DNA from: an uncultured Candidatus Saccharibacteria bacterium
Lineage (GTDB): Bacteria; Patescibacteriota; Andersenbacteria; UBA10190; CAIZMI01
Direction of reading: 5' to 3'
Assembly: GCA_964630025.1 (NCBI GenBank)
Contig: CAZVRG010000004.1
Location: 1-45,657, forward strand
Length of the DNA: 45,657 nucleotides
Part shown: positions 9,894-18,087 of the stretch, one piece after another
How positions within the stretch are numbered: position 1 is the stretch's first letter
How the letters are laid out: each line of letters opens with the position of its first letter
Position numbers and translations under genes: made by a program
Notes under the pieces: model-generated
What the model saw: only the letters and a program-made list of their open reading frames with translations
What the model was told of the DNA's origin: nothing
The model's database searches: none

Positions 9894-11320
9894 CCGCCTC
9901 GATTCGTGACCTTCATGAGCGTCTTCGCCGCGGGGAGACGACGGCGGAGAAACTTCTCGATGCCGCGCTCGTCGCCATACGGAAGCAGGATCAAACACTG
10001 CACAGTTTTCTTCATGTCGCCGAGGACTCGGCGCGCGCAGCTGCACAGCGCGTCGATCGCGCATTGCAGTCAGGAACGGAAGAGCTGTCCGTCCTCGCCG
10101 GCATACCCTGCGCGATCAAAGACATGATTTGCGTGGCAGGCCTTCCCGCTACGGCAGCGTCCCACATTCTGGAAGGATTTGTTCCTCCATATGACGCAAC
10201 GGTGATCCAGCGCCTCAAAGACCATGGCGCGGTGATTGTGGGGAAGACCAATCTGGACGAGTTCGCGATGGGTTCGAGCACGGAACATTCCGCGTTCGGT
10301 CCCACGCGCAACCCGCTCGATACAAAACGCGTGCCTGGCGGTTCATCCGGCGGGTCGGCCGCCGCGGTGGCAGCAGGATTTGTCCCCTATGCGCTCGGAA
10401 CAGATACCGGCGGATCGATTCGTCAGCCCAGCAGTTTTTGCGGCATTGTGGGGTTGAAACCCACCTACGGGCGCGTGAGCCGTTCCGGCGTGATCGCACT
10501 CGCCAGTTCCTTTGATCAGGTGGGCCCATTCGCGCGCACCGTCGAAGATGCCGCCATTGTCTATGAAGCAATTGCCGGGGAAGATCCCAAAGACGGAACC
10601 ACGCTGCGCGGCCCGGCGCCAACAGTGCTTCCTGCGCTCACAGAAGGCGTCGAAGGATTACGCATTGGCGTTCCGGAAGAGTATTTCGCCGAAGGCGTAG
10701 ATACAGGCGTTGCGCAGACAGTCCGGAAAGCCATCGGTGCTCTTGCCGGACTCGGTGCCGAAGTGGTTGATGTGTCGTTGCCGCTCACAGGAGTCGCGCT
10801 TGCGGTATACTACATGCTCATGGATTCGGAGGCGTCCACGAATCTCGCTCGCTATGACGGCGTGCGTTTTGGGCAGCGCGTGAAGTCCAAGACTCTTGAG
10901 GAGGTATATCGGAAGAGTCGCGGCGCGGGTTTTGGCGCGGAAGTGAAGCGACGCATTCTTCTGGGGACATTTGCGCTCTCTACGGGCTATGCAGATCAGT
11001 ATTACCGCAAAGCGGCGGCGGTGAGACGCGCAATCGCGAACGAATATGCGAAGGCATTTAAGACCGTTGACGTGCTGGTGTCTCCAGCCGCTCCCGAAGT
11101 GGCGTTCCGTCTCGGAGAGAAAGTAGCCGACCCGTTGCGTATGTATGCGTCGGATGCCTTGTCGGTACCCGCAAACGTTGCGGGCATTCCCGGACTTGTG
11201 GTGCCTTGCGGAACGGTGAACACGCTTCCCGTTGGCGTGCAAGTGCTTGCACCGCTGGGAAGAGAAGATCTGTTGTTTCGCGTTGGTGCCGCGTATGAGC
11301 GTGCGCGGGAACGCGCATGA
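9890..11320 (+). CDS. gatA: Asp/Glu-tRNA amidotransferase subunit A
   Basis: Amidase signature GGSSGGSAAAVA and TDTGGSIRQPSSFCG. ATG 9890 overlaps the gatC stop. Confidence 0.95.
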   Translation: MTASIRDLHERLRRGETTAEKLLDAALVAIRKQDQTLHSFLHVAEDSARAAAQRVDRALQSGTEELSVLAGIPCAIKDMICVAGLPATAASHILEGFVPPYDATVIQRLKDHGAVIVGKTNLDEFAMGSSTEHSAFGPTRNPLDTKRVPGGSSGGSAAAVAAGFVPYALGTDTGGSIRQPSSFCGIVGLKPTYGRVSRSGVIALASSFDQVGPFARTVEDAAIVYEAIAGEDPKDGTTLRGPAPTVLPALTEGVEGLRIGVPEEYFAEGVDTGVAQTVRKAIGALAGLGAEVVDVSLPLTGVALAVYYMLMDSEASTNLARYDGVRFGQRVKSKTLEEVYRKSRGAGFGAEVKRRILLGTFALSTGYADQYYRKAAAVRRAIANEYAKAFKTVDVLVSPAAPEVAFRLGEKVADPLRMYASDALSVPANVAGIPGLVVPCGTVNTLPVGVQVLAPLGREDLLFRVGAAYERARERA

Positions 11321-12789
11321 GCCTTCCCGATTCCATGCGCCGTTGGAAAGAATTGAGTGACACGTTTTTTCTCGCGGCACTCTGCGTATCTGTTGTCGCC
11401 GTGACGGGGTCTGTGCTCACGTTTGCGTTGTTTATGCAGCGCGCGGAAGTAAGCCGAGCGCAGGAGGCAGAGCCCCCTCCGGGTCCACCTCCGCCCGGAG
11501 ATCCACCGCCTCCCCCCGACGCTCCCCCTGTCGAACCGCCCGGTCCGCCTCCACCAGGACCGCCCCCCGGACCGCCTCCCGCGCCTCCTCCTGGACCGCC
11601 GGCACCCCCGCCACCCCCGAAACCGCCGCCAGCGCCTCCTCCACCGGGTCCCGTTCCTCCGCCTGTGCCACCCCCCGGTGGCGGGCCCGCACCCGTACCG
11701 CCTCCAGGCGGCGAGCCACCTGCTGTTGTTCCGCCAACACCCACGTCTCTGATGCAAAGGACTGTATCCCCAGAACCGATGACGCCCATCCAGCAGCCCG
11801 TATCAAGGTTCTCTTCTCCAGCGCAGTATCTTGGTTCTGCAGTGACTGTCATCGCAACAATGAGCGCCGTGGTGACGGGAGTGCTTGCCGCCGTTGCTCT
11901 TCCGTCGGGACTCTCCAGCATACTGCGTTCCTTCTTTCCATTTCTTGCGACACACCGCCGTCGCGCACGCTGGGGGCGGGTCGTGGAAGAAAAGACAAAC
12001 CTTCCTGTTGCAGGTGCCGTGATTACTATTCTTGATGTGTCCGGAAAGCCAAAGGACACCATCATCACACGGAGTGATGGCACGTTTGCCATGGTGCTTC
12101 CCCGTGGCACCTATCGGCTCTCGGTGCAGCATGCCGGATCTCTGTTCGCGTCCGCGCCGCGTGATGTGCTGCTGTTCCCTGAAGAGCAGCTGTACACGGG
12201 TGGCGTTATCACCGTCGAAGAGCAAGAGAAAGTCTTGCCGGACACGCCGCTCGTTCTTGCGATGACGCCCACAGGCGTTCGTCATCAAACATTCCGTGAA
12301 CGTGCGCACCCATTTCTGGAAGGCATGCGTGTGTTCCATGCGCACATCGCGATGCCGCTGCTGCTCACCGCGGCCGCAATCAATTCGTTGCTGCTCCTGA
12401 TCGAACCGAGCCCGCTGCTGGTTGCATACGAAGTTCTCTATGGCGCATTGCTCACGTTTGAACTTCTTCTTTCACGTGTGACGCGCCGCGCGGTCGGACG
12501 TGTTCGCGACGCGATCGGAAAGCACCCTGTGCCGCTTGCCATTGTCCGCTTGTTTGATACAGCAACGCAGCGCGTGGTCGCCACGCGCGTCACTTCGCCG
12601 CGAGGAAGTTACCTGCTGATGCCGCCGCCAGGTCGGTATCGCATCGCGGTCAGTCATCCCGCCCACGTGCCGTACACCAGCGATCCGCTTGCTATCCGCG
12701 GCGGGAGGACGGGGCTTGTGCGTCTCGTTGCGGATCTTGTTTGCTCTCCAAGCGCCGGCGACGTCGCGGGACAAACGCAGGGCATCTAG
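11317..12789 (+). CDS. Proline-rich membrane protein with two carboxypeptidase-regulatory-like domains (paralog P1)
   Basis: N-terminal TM (FFLAALCVSVVAVTGSVL) followed by ~90 aa of polyproline. The motifs WGRVVEEKTNLPVAGAVITILD...DGTFAMVLPRGTYRLSV and GRVRDAIGKHPVPLAIVRLFD...GRYRIAV match the CarboxypepD_reg pattern. ATG overlaps the gatA TGA. Confidence 0.7.
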   Translation: MSLPDSMRRWKELSDTFFLAALCVSVVAVTGSVLTFALFMQRAEVSRAQEAEPPPGPPPPGDPPPPPDAPPVEPPGPPPPGPPPGPPPAPPPGPPAPPPPPKPPPAPPPPGPVPPPVPPPGGGPAPVPPPGGEPPAVVPPTPTSLMQRTVSPEPMTPIQQPVSRFSSPAQYLGSAVTVIATMSAVVTGVLAAVALPSGLSSILRSFFPFLATHRRRARWGRVVEEKTNLPVAGAVITILDVSGKPKDTIITRSDGTFAMVLPRGTYRLSVQHAGSLFASAPRDVLLFPEEQLYTGGVITVEEQEKVLPDTPLVLAMTPTGVRHQTFRERAHPFLEGMRVFHAHIAMPLLLTAAAINSLLLLIEPSPLLVAYEVLYGALLTFELLLSRVTRRAVGRVRDAIGKHPVPLAIVRLFDTATQRVVATRVTSPRGSYLLMPPPGRYRIAVSHPAHVPYTSDPLAIRGGRTGLVRLVADLVCSPSAGDVAGQTQGI

Positions 12790-12842
12790 CACCATCTCAA
12801 ACGATCGTCATTGCGAGAGGAGAGCACGCATGACGGTTTTCC
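12786..12842 (+). terminator. CCATCTCAAA + GTCATTGCGAG-type hairpin after P1
   Basis: CGTCATTGCG-AGAGGAGAG-CACGCATGACG hairpin followed by GTTTT. The preceding CTAGCACCATCTCAAAC recurs inverted at 15404-15424. Confidence 0.5.
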
Positions 12843-12923
12843 ACAGACACCGGAAGTGATCTGCTATGCTATGAAGTATCCGACACAACACACAGCATAT
12901 GCCGATCTCTTTGGCAGTAACCT

Positions 12924-15311
12924 ATGGTCTTCGTGTCTAAGTGGCGCGACGCGAGCGATGCGTTTTTTCTTGCTGTCCTTCTGATCAGCGGTGTTTCCGT
13001 TGCCGGCGCTGTCTTAAGCTTGGCGCGGTTTGCGCAGGAATATGGTCCCGTTGTTGCGCAGGATCTTGAAGAGCCTGTTCCCCCACCTGGCCCGGCTCCA
13101 GAACCACCTCCGCCTGACCCACCGCCTCCGCCGCCTGGAACCGAACTAGCCCCCCCGGGTGGGGATCCTCCGCCCGCACCGGGCGGCGGGCCTGCTCCAG
13201 CTCCCGCACCTCCGCCAACGGGTGGTACTCCCCCAGCAGGTGGCACACCGCCCGCTCCGCCTCCGCGAGGGGGGCCAGGACCAGCGCCACAACCGGCGCC
13301 ACCCCCGCCAGTTGGCGTGCCGCCCGGCGTGGACGAAATTGAGCCCGCACCAGGTGAAACGGTCTCCCCAGTACCGACAAATGGTGTGTTTCCACCCGCC
13401 GTGCAGCCTGCTCCTCCGGGCGGAGGAGAGCCGGTGTCTGGTCACACGCTGCCGTGGTGGGGCGTGTTCTGGCATCCGGGCGGTGGCGGATTTATCCAGA
13501 TCCTTCCGTGGCAGCAGATTCTCCAAAAACCCATCACGTGGGTATGGATCTTTTTGTGGATTGCGATTTTCGTGTGGCTCTGGACAATTGTGCAGGCCAT
13601 CTATTGGTTCCCGGGATTTTTCTGGATTCTGTTCGGGTTCCACTCGTTCATTTGGTACTGGTATTGGCTGTGGACGTGGTTCTGGGGTTTCATTCGACCA
13701 CAACCGATCACTGTAGGAATTGGACCCGGTCCAGGACCCGGGCCATGGCCGGGTCCTGGACCACAACCTGCGCCTGGCCCCTGGCCGGGTCCTGGGCCGC
13801 AGCCCGGTCCACAACCCGGTCCCGGACCAACTCCGGGGCCTATGCCGGGCCCTCAACCTGGGCCCGCTCCCGGGCCTGGTCCGGGCCCCGGTCCGCAACC
13901 AGGTCCAACTCCTGGTCCGGGTCCTACCCCGCAACCTGGACCCATGCCTGGGCCGCAACCAGGTCCCAGCCCCGGTCCCCAGCCGGGTCCAATGCCAGGG
14001 CCACAGCCCGGGCCTCCCCCAGGCCCAATTCCTGGTCCGCAACCTGGGCCGACGCCCAGTCCAACTCCTGGTCCTATCCCGGGTCCCCAGCCGACGCCTG
14101 GCCCGTGGCCGGGCCCTGGCCCACAACCTGCGCCTGGCCCGTGGCCGGGCCCTGGGCCGCAGCCGGCGCCTACACCCGGTCCGCAACCTGGCCCCGGACC
14201 CATTGCTGGTCCGCCACCAATTTCCGGACCAGGCGGAGGCTCGCCATCTGGTCCGGCTCCCGATCCCGTGTCACCGGTTGAGGAGGGTATCGGAAGACTT
14301 CTGGCCAGATTGCCGTCACGTGCGGGAAGAATTGCCGCGGAGAGCGTTGCGCGCGGAGAGCTTCCTATTCCTGCATTAAGCGGACAGAGAGCGGCGGAAG
14401 CTCCGTCGCTCACAGAAGTGATGATGGCGTCTGCCGATTCTCGGCGTCTGACGGGTTTTTCCGCACTAGGCATTCTTGCCACACATCGATACCGATCGAA
14501 GTGGGGGCGCGTGATTGATGCCAAGAATGGGCTTCCTGTGCAAGGGGCAGTTGTGACGCTTCTGGATGCGCAGGGAAAACCGCGCCAAAACATTCGTACA
14601 AAAGCAGATGGCAATTTTGCGTTTCTTGTCCCTCCTGGCCGCTATCTTCTGAATGTGGTGCGTCCACACTATGTGATGGAAACGCAGCCCAAGTCGCCCG
14701 CGCTCTTTCCTGACGAAATCTTGTATACAGGAGCGCCCTTCGCCGTCGAGCCGTCACCCGATGGTCGGGAAACGCTCACGCCGCCGGTGGTGATCACCAT
14801 GAAATCTACAAAAAAAGGCGCGCAGGGCGTGTCTGTGCGTCCGGCCGTGCATCGGGTCAGCAATGCCGCGCGTGCACTGCATGCGCACGTGGCGCTTCCG
14901 ATCCTGTTATTGAGTGCAGGATTTAACACCTTTATGCTTCTTCTGCAGCCCACGCCGTTTCTTGTTGCCGCAGAAGTGCTTTACGGCGTCTTGCTGTCCA
15001 TGGAATTGTTGCTTTCCCGCGTCTTCCGCCGCGCGATCGGGCGTTTGCGTGATGCCGTGACACGCAATCCGGTTTCCCTTGCGATTCTTCGGCTCATGGA
15101 TGCGCGCACGGGACGCATTGTCAACACGTATGTGTCCACAGCGGGTGGGTCGTTTCTCTTCCTTTCTCGCCCCGGAGCCTACCGTCTCCTATCGGCACAT
15201 CCGAAATACCAACCGCATGATGAGCGGATTGCCATTCGCGGCGGATCGCCCGGGCTCGGAAGAGTAACGGTCCGCCTGCAGCCACGGGGGAAAGTGGTCG
15301 CGGCAGTCTAA
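12924..15311 (+). CDS. Proline-rich, Trp-rich membrane protein with a (PGPX)n repeat and two carboxypeptidase-regulatory-like domains (paralog P2)
   Basis: The N-terminus SKWRDASDAFFLAVLLISGV is homologous to P1. The C-terminal half is collinear with P1 (WGRVIDAKNGLPVQGAVVTLLD...GRYLLNV; GRLRDAVTRNPVSLAILRLMD...GAYRLLS). A unique W-rich block and a PGPX array are inserted between them. Confidence 0.7.
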   Translation: MVFVSKWRDASDAFFLAVLLISGVSVAGAVLSLARFAQEYGPVVAQDLEEPVPPPGPAPEPPPPDPPPPPPGTELAPPGGDPPPAPGGGPAPAPAPPPTGGTPPAGGTPPAPPPRGGPGPAPQPAPPPPVGVPPGVDEIEPAPGETVSPVPTNGVFPPAVQPAPPGGGEPVSGHTLPWWGVFWHPGGGGFIQILPWQQILQKPITWVWIFLWIAIFVWLWTIVQAIYWFPGFFWILFGFHSFIWYWYWLWTWFWGFIRPQPITVGIGPGPGPGPWPGPGPQPAPGPWPGPGPQPGPQPGPGPTPGPMPGPQPGPAPGPGPGPGPQPGPTPGPGPTPQPGPMPGPQPGPSPGPQPGPMPGPQPGPPPGPIPGPQPGPTPSPTPGPIPGPQPTPGPWPGPGPQPAPGPWPGPGPQPAPTPGPQPGPGPIAGPPPISGPGGGSPSGPAPDPVSPVEEGIGRLLARLPSRAGRIAAESVARGELPIPALSGQRAAEAPSLTEVMMASADSRRLTGFSALGILATHRYRSKWGRVIDAKNGLPVQGAVVTLLDAQGKPRQNIRTKADGNFAFLVPPGRYLLNVVRPHYVMETQPKSPALFPDEILYTGAPFAVEPSPDGRETLTPPVVITMKSTKKGAQGVSVRPAVHRVSNAARALHAHVALPILLLSAGFNTFMLLLQPTPFLVAAEVLYGVLLSMELLLSRVFRRAIGRLRDAVTRNPVSLAILRLMDARTGRIVNTYVSTAGGSFLFLSRPGAYRLLSAHPKYQPHDERIAIRGGSPGLGRVTVRLQPRGKVVAAV
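13720..14240 (+). repeat. Coding tandem repeat with 12-nt period, encoding (P-G-P-X)n
   Basis: ~43 tetrapeptide units (PGPQ/PGPT/PGPM/PGPW...). A ~62-nt block at 13741-13803 recurs nearly identically at 14101-14163, exactly 360 nt downstream. Confidence 0.9.
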
Positions 15312-15314
15312 GTT

Positions 15315-15423
15315 GTCATCCTGAGGAGCGAAGCGACGAAGGATCTCGGCGTTTCTCTCGCATGAGATTCTTCGCTTCGCTCAGAATGACACGGAATGTG
15401 AAGAGTTTTGAGATGGGCTCTAG
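15315..15423. repeat. GTCATCCTGAGG-type long palindrome after P2
   Basis: GTCATCCTGAGGAGCGAAGCGACGAAGGATCTC pairs with GAGATTCTTCGCTTCGCTCAGAATGAC across a 16-nt loop. It is followed by TTTTGAGATGGGCTCTAG. Confidence 0.85.
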
Positions 15424-15443
15424 AGAAATACGTTTCGGTTGAG

Positions 15444-17039
15444 CTACAGAAGGCTCGACAGCAGACTCTGCGCGGTCATATGCGCGGGTTTTGGCAGTCC
15501 GAGAATGTCGAGCGCTGTGGGACCCACATCGGCAAGAATGCCAATCGGTGTGCTTAGAACCTGAAAGAGAATGTCATCGTCTTTTGGCGTGGTGTGTTGA
15601 GTATGTGCGGCAACGTAGAGCAGGACCACCGGATTCGCGGAATGATCGGTTGTTCCTTCTCCGGTTTGTAGATTCTTCATTTCCTCGGCATTGCCGTGAT
15701 CGCAGGTGAGCAGCACTGCACCACCAGCCGCAAGCGCAGCCTGGACGACGCGGGGAATTTGCGTGTCGAGAAACCGGAGTCCTTCCACTGTCGCGTCAAA
15801 TTTTCCCGTGTGGCTGATCATGTCGGGATTCGCGTAGTTCATCACGATGAAGTCATACTTTCCTTTGCCGGTTTCCTGTACCACATGATCGGTGATCGCC
15901 TCCGCGCTCATGCGCGGCGTTTCGCTGTAGTCTTTCACGTTGGGAGAGGGCACAAGAACGCGATCTTCGTTCGGGAAGGGCAGCTCGCGCCCGCTATTAA
16001 AGTAATACGTCACGTGCGCGTATTTCTCGGTTTCGGCGACACGGAGCTGTCGCAATCCATGCTCGGCAAGAACACGACCAACGGGCATATCCATCCATTG
16101 CTCGGGAAAGGCAACCGTGACCGGCAGTCCTTTTTCGTACTCGGCCATCGTGACAAATGCAAGGTCGGTGAATTGGACGGTGGGGAATGATGAAAACCCT
16201 TTCGTCACGAATGCGTGCGTGAGCTGCCGCGCGCGGTCCGGGCGGAAATTGAAGAACACGACCGCATCTCCGTCCCGCACGGGACGCACCGATCCGCCGT
16301 CGGTGATCACGCATGCGGGAGCAGTTTCATCCGTTGTTTTCCGCTCATACGCCGCCTGCAGAGCCTCTTGCCACGAGCGGTAGGGCGTTCCGGTGCCCGC
16401 AGTCAGAAGATCGTATGCCGCGCGGGTGCGGTCCCAATGCGTATTTCGATCCATGGCATAGAAACGCCCAATGAGCGTGGCGATACGTCCCGCGCCCGTT
16501 TGGCGCATGGTGTTTTCCATTTCCGTGAGATACTGTCCCGCGCTGACCGGCGGCGTGTCGCGACCATCAAGAAATGCATGGATGAGCGTTTGTTTGCCAA
16601 CGCCTTGCTCTGCCGCAAATGTAAGAAGCGCCTGCAGATGCTGCAGATGACTGTGGACCCCGCCAGGGGATGCGCACCCCATCAGGTGTAGAACGGACCC
16701 AGGGCGCTCCTTCACATGGGCAACCGCTTCCTGAAATGCCACGTTCTGAAAGAAGCTTCCGTCTTGAATCGCAAGCGTAATTTGCGGCAACGGCTGATAG
16801 ATCACGCGGCCGGAGCCGATATTTTTGTGTCCCACTTCCGAGTTGCCGACCTCTCCCCACGGAAGACCGACTTCAATGCCTGCAGCACGAATCGCAGCGC
16901 ACGGATAGGAACGAAGATAGTTCTGCAGATTCGTCATCTGTGCCGCGAGAACGGCGTTTCCATCCTCGATAAACGAAATCCCGAACCCATCGAGAATCAT
17001 CAGCACAAGCGGCCGTGGGCGTGGTGAAGGTGCCTCCAT
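15444..17039 (-). CDS. gpmI: 2,3-bisphosphoglycerate-independent phosphoglycerate mutase
   Basis: LMILDGFG, the catalytic Ser motif NSEVGHKNIGSGR, and CDHGNAE. The start was set to ATG 17039 because the longer ORF reads through the antisense strand of a tRNA gene. Confidence 0.9.
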   Translation of the reverse strand: MEAPSPRPRPLVLMILDGFGISFIEDGNAVLAAQMTNLQNYLRSYPCAAIRAAGIEVGLPWGEVGNSEVGHKNIGSGRVIYQPLPQITLAIQDGSFFQNVAFQEAVAHVKERPGSVLHLMGCASPGGVHSHLQHLQALLTFAAEQGVGKQTLIHAFLDGRDTPPVSAGQYLTEMENTMRQTGAGRIATLIGRFYAMDRNTHWDRTRAAYDLLTAGTGTPYRSWQEALQAAYERKTTDETAPACVITDGGSVRPVRDGDAVVFFNFRPDRARQLTHAFVTKGFSSFPTVQFTDLAFVTMAEYEKGLPVTVAFPEQWMDMPVGRVLAEHGLRQLRVAETEKYAHVTYYFNSGRELPFPNEDRVLVPSPNVKDYSETPRMSAEAITDHVVQETGKGKYDFIVMNYANPDMISHTGKFDATVEGLRFLDTQIPRVVQAALAAGGAVLLTCDHGNAEEMKNLQTGEGTTDHSANPVVLLYVAAHTQHTTPKDDDILFQVLSTPIGILADVGPTALDILGLPKPAHMTAQSLLSSLL

Positions 17040-17140
17040 TCCCTGTAGTATAGCGGCTCTCCGAGAAATACCTTGCTTTCGTCGAGGAAATACGCTATAG
17101 TTGCGCTGTTCAAGGCAGGGTCTTGAACGCGATATGTTGT

Positions 17141-17215
17141 CGCCGGGTGGAGAAGTGGTATCTCGCCAGGCCCATAACCTGGAGATCGCCGGTTCAAATC
17201 CGGCCCCGGCTACCA
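17141..17215 (+). tRNA. tRNA-Met (CAT), initiator type
   Basis: A manual cloverleaf fold gives acceptor CGCCGGG/CCCGGCT with a 1:72 mismatch, A11:U24, anticodon stem CCAGG/CCTGG, loop CCCATAA, T-arm GCCGG-TTCAAAT-CCGGC, and an encoded CCA. Confidence 0.85.
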
Positions 17216-17229
17216 GCATACCGAGAGAC

Positions 17230-17253
17230 CCGCAAAGCGCGGGCTTTTCGGTA
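17230..17253 (+). terminator. Short hairpin plus T-run after the initiator tRNA
   Basis: CCCGC-AAAGC-GCGGG followed by CTTTTCGG. Confidence 0.4.
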
Positions 17254-17357
17254 TTCCTGTTGGGCGGGATTTGAAAGATAGTTTCAAAAGCACATTGACC
17301 GGAAGATCGATTTGGTATAGAGTCCCGCAGGGAACTGTACCGTGAAAGGAGCATACT

Positions 17358-17654
17358 ATGTCGATGTCTCTTGATTTAGGAACGAAGCCGGCTGGACTAG
17401 AAGTTAAAACATACACGCATACGCTTGGATCGCTGGGCAAGTCCGTTCATCTTGGCGCGTATGAGATCTCGTTGGAAGACTTTCTCGTGGCTGCTGGATA
17501 CGTTCTTACCAATACGGACCTCGCCCCCAACGATCCCCGTCTCCAGTTTGTGAAGTATGTTCAGTCGATGCGGGTAGTCGAAGGCCACAATCGGGGCGGG
17601 GAACGGCTTGAACCCACGGTGCCGGTCCTTCTTCCGGAGCATATCGCCCGTTAA
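17358..17654 (+). CDS. Hypothetical small protein (98 aa)
   Basis: SD AAAGGAG lies 7 nt upstream of the ATG, and an intrinsic terminator follows directly. No motif was recognised. Confidence 0.6.
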   Translation: MSMSLDLGTKPAGLEVKTYTHTLGSLGKSVHLGAYEISLEDFLVAAGYVLTNTDLAPNDPRLQFVKYVQSMRVVEGHNRGGERLEPTVPVLLPEHIAR

Positions 17655-17673
17655 CGACGACGTGCATAGCTAG

Positions 17674-17712
17674 CCCCTTGCAGAATGCTTTCTGCGCGGG
17701 GTTTTTCTTTTT
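17674..17712 (+). terminator. Rho-independent terminator
   Basis: CCCCTTGCAGAA-TGCT-TTCTGCGCGGGG followed by TTTTTCTTTTT. Confidence 0.8.
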
Positions 17713-17823
17713 CAGGCAACGTGTTGAAGCAACAGGGGAAAATCGGTATTCTGTTGTTTTGTACCGGTGAATCCGCGTCGCTGCGCAGACAAAACAATAT
17801 GTATGCGCTACGCTTTGCTCCGC

Positions 17824-17898
17824 GCCGGTGTAGCTCAGTGGCAGAGCGATGGACTCATAAGCCATAGGTCGCAGGTTCGATCCCTGCCGCCGGCACCA
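17824..17898 (+). tRNA. tRNA with CAT anticodon, elongator type (Met, or Ile2 if lysidine-modified)
   Basis: Acceptor GCCGGTG/CGCCGGC, D-arm GCTC-AGTGGCA-GAGC, loop CTCATAA, T-arm GCAGG-TTCGATC-CCTGC, and an encoded CCA. Confidence 0.85.
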
Positions 17899-17958
17899 CT
17901 TCACAAACGTTTGTTCGCACCATATGCTGTGCAGGCGAACATTTTCATGTTGCGACTC

Positions 17959-18036
17959 GGCCCCGTGGTGTAGCCTGGTAAACATAGCACCTTGTCAAGG
18001 TGAAGATCGCCGGTTCAAATCCGGTCGGGGCCGCCA
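17959..18036 (+). tRNA. tRNA-Asp (GTC)
   Basis: Acceptor GGCCCCG/CGGGGCC, anticodon loop TTGTCAA, T-arm GCCGG-TTCAAAT-CCGGT, discriminator G, and an encoded CCA. Confidence 0.85.
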
Positions 18037-18087
18037 GAGGAGCGTTGGCGCGCTCCATACGTGGTTCTTTTCATAGAGGGTATTCTC

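Noticed and set aside
13720-14240. Collagen-like triple-helix repeat
   Set aside because: The period is four residues (P-G-P-X), not G-X-Y, because Gly is every fourth residue. It was therefore not called collagen-like.
11002-14614. Multiple 100-350-aa ORFs in all frames across the proline-rich regions (e.g. 11058-12110, 13146-14186, 13853-14614)
   Set aside because: These are artefacts of GC-rich low-complexity DNA (CCN/GGN codons are open in every frame). Only the + frames with N-terminal TM helices and C-terminal folded domains form coherent proteins that are paralogous to each other.
17040-17354. N-terminal 105-aa extension of the gpmI ORF
   Set aside because: The extension reads through the antisense strand of the initiator tRNA gene (AGAGFEPAISRLWA is a classic tRNA translation). 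The conserved GpmI N-terminus begins at ATG 17039.
17141-18036. tRNA cluster as an integration hotspot or genomic-island boundary
   Set aside because: No integrase gene, no direct repeat of a tRNA 3' end, and no obvious compositional shift were seen in the flanking genes. The small hypothetical ORFs alone are insufficient evidence.
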